Below the pieces are notes generated by a model. That model was given only the letters and a program-made list of their open reading frames with translations, searched no databases and was not told where the DNA came from. 27,872 bases of DNA. Origin: a virus (taxonomy: Duplodnaviria; Caudoviricetes). The translations under genes and the position numbers were made by a program. The stretch spans positions 1 through 27,872 of the IMG/VR virus record IMGVR_UViG_3300017956_000095. One strand, given 5' to 3'. Shown piece after piece: positions 22,411 to 27,872 of the stretch (position 1 is the first letter of the stretch; each line of letters starts with the position of its first letter).

Positions 22411-24459
22411 ATGAGTTATAGAATTAATAGAACTGATGGCGAGTTACTAATTGATTTGACGGATGGCGTCATTGATAAGTCTGTAACGGATCTTACACTA
22501 ATTGGTAAAAATTATAAAGGGTTTGGTGAATGGCTCAATGAAAACTTTATCAAACTACTTGAAAATTTTGCTTCTACATCGCAACCACCCAATCCTCTGA
22601 CTGGACAGTTATGGTATGATAAACAAGATCAAAGACTAAAGATTTTTAATGGAACTTATTTTCGATCAGCAACAGGAACTATAGTCAATAGTTCTCAGCC
22701 TACAAACTTAGTAGCTGGTGATATATGGATTGACAACGCAAATAATAGATTATATTTATATGATGGTGTAGATTTAACATTAGTAGGTCCTACTTATGAT
22801 GTAGGACAAGGGCGTACAGGTTTTGAAGCTGATACACAAATAGATATTAATAATACAGCACATACCATTATGAAAATGTTTATAGGTGGTAAGTTGGCTG
22901 GAATATTAGCAACAGAGGAATTTTGGATACCATATACTCACATTATTCCTACTTTAGATCCAGACCCAGAAGATACTTTTAAACCACCACGACAGAGACT
23001 CAAAAAAGGTTTCAATATTGTGGACAAGGAAGCAGAATCTGGTGTTGATGGGTTTTGGTGGCGGGGAACTTCGGATCAAACCAAGGCGTTACTTGATGAT
23101 TACGGTAATAGAAAAGAGTCTAAGCATTTTTTGCCAACAGACGGAGATGCTATTACAACAGGTTATATATCAATTAAGAACTCTCAAGGATTGATTATTG
23201 GTGTAGGTGATAGGCCTTATATACAAACAAAAATATTTGGTAATACTGTTTACACAGATAATTTAGAAGTTGATGCGAATTATAGCTTAAGAGTAAAAAA
23301 TGCTCAATTTAAAAATAGTAACATTGAGGCATTTAGAGTTGATGCCTCAGACTATAAGATAACAATGTTTGCTGATTTGCCTATTACATATCAGCCTTTA
23401 ACTAATCGATATGATTTTAGCTTATTAAGTGCTCGCCCAAAATTAGAGTTTTGGGGAGATGCATTTTTAGCAGGAAACCAACACTTTGCTGGAAATGTTA
23501 GCATTCAAGGTGACTTAGATGTAGCAGGTACAACAGTATATGTCAATACTGAAAATTTATATATACAAGATAAGAATATTGAGTTAGCTATTGATTCTGA
23601 TGGCAACATAGTAAATGATGCTTTTGTAGATGAAGGCGGATTTATTCTAAAAAGTCTTGATGGTGATAAACATTTTGTATGGGATGTTACATATAAAACA
23701 TGGGAGTCTAATCAACATATAAATCTTGTAGCTGGACCTAGTATTACCGATCCGTCTTTTATGATAGACGGTGTACCAATTTTATCAGCTACTTCTTTAG
23801 CACCATCCGTAACAGTAGCACCAGGTATGACTCAACTGGGAACATTGACTGATTTGACAGTTGATAATGTTTTTATAAATGAAAACAAAATAGAAACTGT
23901 AGGAAGTGGTGTATATGGGCTTACAATAGATCCAAAAGGTGATATTAGTGTAACATCACAGAAGATAGTGGATCTTGGAGATCCAATTAATAACAAGGAT
24001 GCTGCCCATAAACAGTTTGTAGAAGAAACTATAGCAAGCCAAGGTGTTGTATTAGCATTTGACATTAATGGTTTGATGGTAGGTAACGATCCTCGAACAG
24101 CACCGTATAATGCTGGCACAATTGAGAATGTGAGAATAATAGCAGAGCAGATGAGATCAGCTACATTAGTATTACCAGGAACAGTACTAAAGGTATTAGC
24201 AACATCTATCAAAGAGATATCAGCTACAATTCCTGTAACAATTGGTTATGGTAATGATACCACAATACAGTTATCCAAAGTAACAGTAAGAAACTTTGAT
24301 AATACTGGAACGGTTAATGTTATTGAAGACATTGCGGCTAATAGTACAAGCGATGGCGTTAGTGCGGATATTAGTTTTGAGGTTGAACGGTTTATTTATA
24401 AATTTGAAAGTGATGGGTTTAACTGGATTAATCCTGAAGTGGAACAGTTAGTTATCTAA
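22411..24459 (+). CDS. Tail fibre-like structural protein, paralog 2
   Basis: N-terminal LTLIGKNYKGFGEWLNENFIKLLENFA..GQLWYD module. The central GDLDVAGTTVYVNTENLYIQDKNIELA..GGFILK..DKHFVW..WESNQHINL and QKIVDLGDPINNKDAAHKQFVE segments resemble trimeric phage fibre shaft/neck motifs. Confidence 0.75.
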   Translation: MSYRINRTDGELLIDLTDGVIDKSVTDLTLIGKNYKGFGEWLNENFIKLLENFASTSQPPNPLTGQLWYDKQDQRLKIFNGTYFRSATGTIVNSSQPTNLVAGDIWIDNANNRLYLYDGVDLTLVGPTYDVGQGRTGFEADTQIDINNTAHTIMKMFIGGKLAGILATEEFWIPYTHIIPTLDPDPEDTFKPPRQRLKKGFNIVDKEAESGVDGFWWRGTSDQTKALLDDYGNRKESKHFLPTDGDAITTGYISIKNSQGLIIGVGDRPYIQTKIFGNTVYTDNLEVDANYSLRVKNAQFKNSNIEAFRVDASDYKITMFADLPITYQPLTNRYDFSLLSARPKLEFWGDAFLAGNQHFAGNVSIQGDLDVAGTTVYVNTENLYIQDKNIELAIDSDGNIVNDAFVDEGGFILKSLDGDKHFVWDVTYKTWESNQHINLVAGPSITDPSFMIDGVPILSATSLAPSVTVAPGMTQLGTLTDLTVDNVFINENKIETVGSGVYGLTIDPKGDISVTSQKIVDLGDPINNKDAAHKQFVEETIASQGVVLAFDINGLMVGNDPRTAPYNAGTIENVRIIAEQMRSATLVLPGTVLKVLATSIKEISATIPVTIGYGNDTTIQLSKVTVRNFDNTGTVNVIEDIAANSTSDGVSADISFEVERFIYKFESDGFNWINPEVEQLVI

Positions 24460-24466
24460 TTTAGGG

Positions 24467-24472
24467 TAAATA
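24467..24472 (+). promoter_or_regulatory. Putative late promoter core TAAATA in the 40-bp intergenic gap
   Basis: GGTAAATA, 27 nt upstream of ATG 24500. An SD-like AGGGG lies at 24486-24490. Confidence 0.5.
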
Positions 24473-24499
24473 CAATATAATAGTTAGGGGTAATACAGA

Positions 24500-26044
24500 A
24501 TGGCGTATATTATTAATACATATAATACTGCTCAACTTACAGTAGTTGAAGATGGAACTATTGATCAAACTACTGATTTGAAGCTGGTAGGTAAAAATTA
24601 TGCAGGTTATGGCGAGATACAAAATGAAAACTTTGTATTCTTGCTTGAGAACTTTGCTGGAAATAATGAGCCACCTAAAGCCTTACAAGGACAACTTTGG
24701 TTTGATGCAGCTAACCTAAAGTTGAAATTTTGGGATGGCAGTAAGTGGCGTTTAGCAGGAGGTTCTGAAGTATCTGAAGTCCCCCCGGCTGGTTTATCAG
24801 AAGGTGATTTTTGGTGGGATGATAAAAATGATCAACTCTACTGTTGGAATGGTGATGAATACATTTTAGTAGGACCACAAGGGGTTGGTGATAGTATTAC
24901 AAGATTCCAAAGCCGTTCTATCCGAGATACGGCAGGTGTTTCTCGTCCAGTTATTTGCTCTGTAGTAGATGATGAAGTAATTCACATTATTAGTGGTGTT
25001 GATTTTACTATTGGGCCTGAGGATGCACCAAAATATCCAGCTTTTGATGTAATTCACTCAGGACTTACATTAAAAAATACAGTTCACTCAACAGCAGGAC
25101 AAACATCTACACATCATAGATGGTGGGGAACTGCTACAAACGCAGATAGATTAGGCGGCTACACTCCAGATCAGTTTGTACAAAAGACAGGGGCTACTTT
25201 CCCAAATATGGTAGGCTTTGGCGATGAAGGTGTTGCTATTGGTGATAGTAATGATTTACGATTGAAAATTATTAACGGAGATCAAGCACTTATTGCTAAT
25301 GAGCAAGGCACAAATATGTATTTTCAAGTTAGAGATGTAAGTGGTAACTTGAGAATGCCAGTTAGACTAGTTGATAATGCAATTCTTCCAGGATATGAAG
25401 TATTGTTTAGTCCAGGCTCATTGAGTGCTTCGTTTGCTTCCGCGGTAGGAAGATCAGTAGATGTTGGAAGTATATCATTTCCATTCCAAAATATGTTTGC
25501 TACATCCTTTAAAGGAAATGCCGACACTGCATCTAAATTAGCAGTTGGAGCAACATATCATGAAGCATCGGCTACAGCACAAGCTAATACAATCGCAGCA
25601 AGAAATGCGACAGGAGATTTAGTAGCAAATATTTTCCATGGCATAGCAACCTCAGCTAGGTTTGCTGACTTGGCAGAGAAATATGAAGCAGATCAAGATT
25701 ATGAGCCAGGCACTGTATTAGTATATGGTGGGTCAAAAGAAGTAACAATGAGTACTCGAAAAAATGACAACAATGTTATTGGAGTTGTATCAACTAACCC
25801 AGCACATTTGATGAACGATGACATTAATGGTGTTGCTGTAGCATTGCGTGGTAGAGTTCCTTGTAAAGTAGTTGGTCCAGTGAAAAAAGGAGATTTTATT
25901 ATTACATCTGATCGTCCAGGAGTTGGCAAAGCATTCAGTTTTCAAGATACTGGATCAGTCAAACCAGATTTTTATTCTATTATTGGTAGAAGTTTAGAAG
26001 ATAATAGTTCAGAAGATGTAAGGTTAGTGGAAATAGTAGTATAA
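24500..26044 (+). CDS. Tail fibre/spike protein, paralog 3, with C-terminal peptidase-G2-like intramolecular chaperone domain
   Basis: N-terminal LKLVGKNYAGYGEIQNENFVFLLENFA..GQLWFD module. The C-terminal ~125 aa (ADLAEKY..YEPGTVL..IGVVSTNPAHLMN..VALRGRVPCKVVGPVKKGDFIITSDRPGVG..IIGRSLED) match the D(Y/L)AE..GVVS..P..GRV.V....GD.I pattern of phi29 gp12-type autoproteolytic domains. Confidence 0.75.
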   Translation: MAYIINTYNTAQLTVVEDGTIDQTTDLKLVGKNYAGYGEIQNENFVFLLENFAGNNEPPKALQGQLWFDAANLKLKFWDGSKWRLAGGSEVSEVPPAGLSEGDFWWDDKNDQLYCWNGDEYILVGPQGVGDSITRFQSRSIRDTAGVSRPVICSVVDDEVIHIISGVDFTIGPEDAPKYPAFDVIHSGLTLKNTVHSTAGQTSTHHRWWGTATNADRLGGYTPDQFVQKTGATFPNMVGFGDEGVAIGDSNDLRLKIINGDQALIANEQGTNMYFQVRDVSGNLRMPVRLVDNAILPGYEVLFSPGSLSASFASAVGRSVDVGSISFPFQNMFATSFKGNADTASKLAVGATYHEASATAQANTIAARNATGDLVANIFHGIATSARFADLAEKYEADQDYEPGTVLVYGGSKEVTMSTRKNDNNVIGVVSTNPAHLMNDDINGVAVALRGRVPCKVVGPVKKGDFIITSDRPGVGKAFSFQDTGSVKPDFYSIIGRSLEDNSSEDVRLVEIVV

Positions 26045-26047
26045 ATA
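26040..26047 (+). promoter_or_regulatory. T4-type late promoter, perfect TATAAATA, overlapping the stop codon of ORF 24500
   Basis: Exact T4 late consensus 16 nt upstream of ATG 26064, followed by an SD-like AAGGA at 26053-26057. Confidence 0.65.
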
Positions 26048-26063
26048 AAGCAAAGGATTAAAA

Positions 26064-27041
26064 ATGCCAATTAACTATAAAGCTAGTGGTGCTACCATTT
26101 ATGCCGAAGACTATAATAGACTTCAAACCAAAGTTGCTGCTATACTTGGACAAGGTGGAGGTATTCACGGTGCAGATTATGGTTACGGACAAACTATAAA
26201 AAGTTCGCAAGTATCAGCAGTTAATGATTTAGTAACTGTAGAGCAAATGAATAATTTGCGACAAGATATAATGACTTGCTGGTTTCATCAAACATCTGAC
26301 GCATTTCCATTGTTATCAGTAGCCTCAACAGATATTATCACAGCTGGTGCAGGGACTACATCAGCAATAATATCAGAAGCAGTCAATAAAACTTATAATG
26401 ATTATACTTGGGTAGTAAATAAAATTGATATTGAACGATTATCAGCTACCCCAGGTTCTATGAATTTAGTAAATGATAAAGCATCGATGTCATTTTCTAA
26501 TTGGAATTCATATAGAGTGCATGAAGTAGTTGTAACTTTTATAGATTCTAACCATAAAAGATATTTTTTCAATAGTGGCGGAGAAATTAGACTCCAATCA
26601 CAGCATGTTGGATCTTTCCTGTCGACATCTAAACCATATGTATGGCAGGAATTATTATCGTCAGCAGGAGTAACTAAATTTGGTTATGATGATTATATAT
26701 CATCAACTTCGGCGCCATCTGTATTATTGTTAAAAAATCCAAATGCTTCTGCTGTATATGCTGAAAATTATTATAAGATATATTCTAGTGCCCCTTCAGC
26801 AAGCACATTATTATTTAAAATTGTTTTTAATGATGTTGATACTGGTGACAGACCAGCTAACTCAGGACCACCACCGTACGGTGCGTTAGTAGATGAAAAT
26901 GTTACAGGAACAACCAAGAGCACGTTATCAATATATTACCCGTCTATGACTTATGTTGATCCAAGAGCAACAGCAAATAGTTATACTGGTGTAACGCTTA
27001 CAGTACCAAACACAACATCTAGACAAGGAACTTCTATTTAA
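26064..27041 (+). CDS. 325-aa virion structural protein of unknown function, paralog A
   Basis: Clean ORF with SD and late promoter. Ser/Thr-rich. Motifs DYNRLQ, YGYGQ, LRQDIMTCWFHQT and RYFFNSGGEIR are shared with the next gene. Confidence 0.7.
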   Translation: MPINYKASGATIYAEDYNRLQTKVAAILGQGGGIHGADYGYGQTIKSSQVSAVNDLVTVEQMNNLRQDIMTCWFHQTSDAFPLLSVASTDIITAGAGTTSAIISEAVNKTYNDYTWVVNKIDIERLSATPGSMNLVNDKASMSFSNWNSYRVHEVVVTFIDSNHKRYFFNSGGEIRLQSQHVGSFLSTSKPYVWQELLSSAGVTKFGYDDYISSTSAPSVLLLKNPNASAVYAENYYKIYSSAPSASTLLFKIVFNDVDTGDRPANSGPPPYGALVDENVTGTTKSTLSIYYPSMTYVDPRATANSYTGVTLTVPNTTSRQGTSI

Positions 27042-27050
27042 GAGACTAAT

Positions 27051-27872
27051 ATGCCAATATCAAGTAGAAACACTAGCCAAACTTTATCAGCAACACATTA
27101 CAATGAGTTAAGGAATAAAATTGTATCAATTTTAGGAACTGGTTCAGGTAACTATGGTTATGGACAAGGAACTTCCAGTTCTACAGTTGCTGCAGGAGCA
27201 AGCGGTGGGCATGTATCAGCATCACAAATGTCGCAACTAAGAGCAGACATTTATAAATGTTGGTTACATCAAACGGGATCAACTTTTAGCTTACAAGTGC
27301 CAACAGGAGGTTCTGATGTATATAGAGCAGGAAGTTCAGGAGATAGTGATTACCAAAAGACGCATAATGCTTATATAGCAGCAATCAATTCTTGTGAGTC
27401 TAATAGGTTAACAGCCAATCCAACACAAATGACGTTAGTTACAGGATTATCAGGAAAATCAATAGGCTCTGGATGGAATGATTCTAGAAGTATTACACAT
27501 ACTGTAACATTTTCAAATTCAAATCATAGGCGATGGTTCTTCAATGCAGGCGGGTATATAAGATATTCCATTGGAATGTCATATTCAGGAGGTCAATCAA
27601 AGACTCGTGATTGGGTGAATATATGTTCAAGATTTAATGGTTATACTTATGCTTACTCCAGTTGGAATAATGGATCAGGAACAGGAACTGTTGCTATTTA
27701 TAGAGGTGGCTCTGCTAGTTCTGCATATAATGATAATTACGCAACTATGGTAGTGAGTTACCCAAATTCAAATAGTATAAGGTTTGTGCAAAATTTTGTA
27801 GATGCTGATGTTGGAAGACGATCTGGAAATCCATATTGGAGATCTGCGTATGACGAAACAGTATTAGGCACA
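27051..27872 (+). CDS. Virion structural protein, paralog B, 3'-truncated (at least 274 aa) and absent from the ORF track
   Basis: Translated by hand from ATG 27051 with no stop before the window end: MPISSRNTSQTLSATHYNELRNKIVSILGTGSGNYGYGQ...LRADIYKCWLHQT...VTFSNSNHRRWFFNAGGYIR...AYNDNY...FVDADVG...YDETVLGT. Collinear with ORF 26064. Confidence 0.85.
   Translation, partial: MPISSRNTSQTLSATHYNELRNKIVSILGTGSGNYGYGQGTSSSTVAAGASGGHVSASQMSQLRADIYKCWLHQTGSTFSLQVPTGGSDVYRAGSSGDSDYQKTHNAYIAAINSCESNRLTANPTQMTLVTGLSGKSIGSGWNDSRSITHTVTFSNSNHRRWFFNAGGYIRYSIGMSYSGGQSKTRDWVNICSRFNGYTYAYSSWNNGSGTGTVAIYRGGSASSAYNDNYATMVVSYPNSNSIRFVQNFVDADVGRRSGNPYWRSAYDETVLGT

Noticed and set aside
24461-24489. TTAGGG hexamers resembling telomeric repeats
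   Set aside because: Only two non-tandem copies in a phage intergenic gap, better explained as promoter/RBS context.
301-25929. The short minus-strand ORFs (60-126 aa) in the ORF track
   Set aside because: All lie wholly antisense to long, motif-bearing + strand genes and have no recognisable motifs. They are the expected shadow ORFs of biased codon usage.
2-27872. Alternative genetic code (TAG/TGA reassignment), as seen in some large phages
   Set aside because: About 9000 codons read through under the standard code with near-complete coding density and no fragmented genes. Six genes end in TAA, and the one TGA (22404-22406) falls right after the expected NYIIYAG terminus.
20274-27872. Diversity-generating retroelement or invertase-type fibre switching
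   Set aside because: No reverse transcriptase, recombinase, near-identical TR/VR pair or inverted cassette is visible. Paralog similarity is old and mainly at protein level. A template outside the window cannot be excluded.
1-27872. tRNA, structured ncRNA, CRISPR array or intrinsic terminators
   Set aside because: Intergenic gaps are only 1-40 bp and contain no stem-loop with U-tract, cloverleaf or repeat-spacer pattern.

Overview
AT-rich (about one-third G+C by eye), almost fully coding window with every credible gene on the + strand. It reads as the baseplate and tail-fibre (adsorption) module of a large T4-related myovirus, probably a jumbo phage. Gene order: (1) a 5'-truncated, enlarged T4 gp6/Baseplate_J-like wedge protein (>1099 aa); (2) a 5444-aa mosaic virion protein; (3) a 200-aa structural protein; (4-6) three fibre paralogs of 710, 682 and 514 aa that share an N-terminal ENF..LLENFA..GQLW(Y/F)D module but have three different C-termini (tail collar plus HxH, a DAAxK-type fibre motif, and a peptidase-G2-like autochaperone); (7-8) two further paralogous structural proteins, the second 3'-truncated and missing from the ORF track. 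T4-type late-promoter cores (TAAATA/TATAAATA) lie at three gene junctions. I found no RNA genes, CRISPR arrays, mobile elements, reverse transcriptase or defence genes. The most unusual signals are protein-architectural: a seven-blade FG-GAP propeller with a nested ~660-aa insertion, four CBM5/12-like modules and internal duplications in the giant protein, plus the shared-anchor, variable-tip fibre set. All family calls come from motif recognition by eye, not from database searches.
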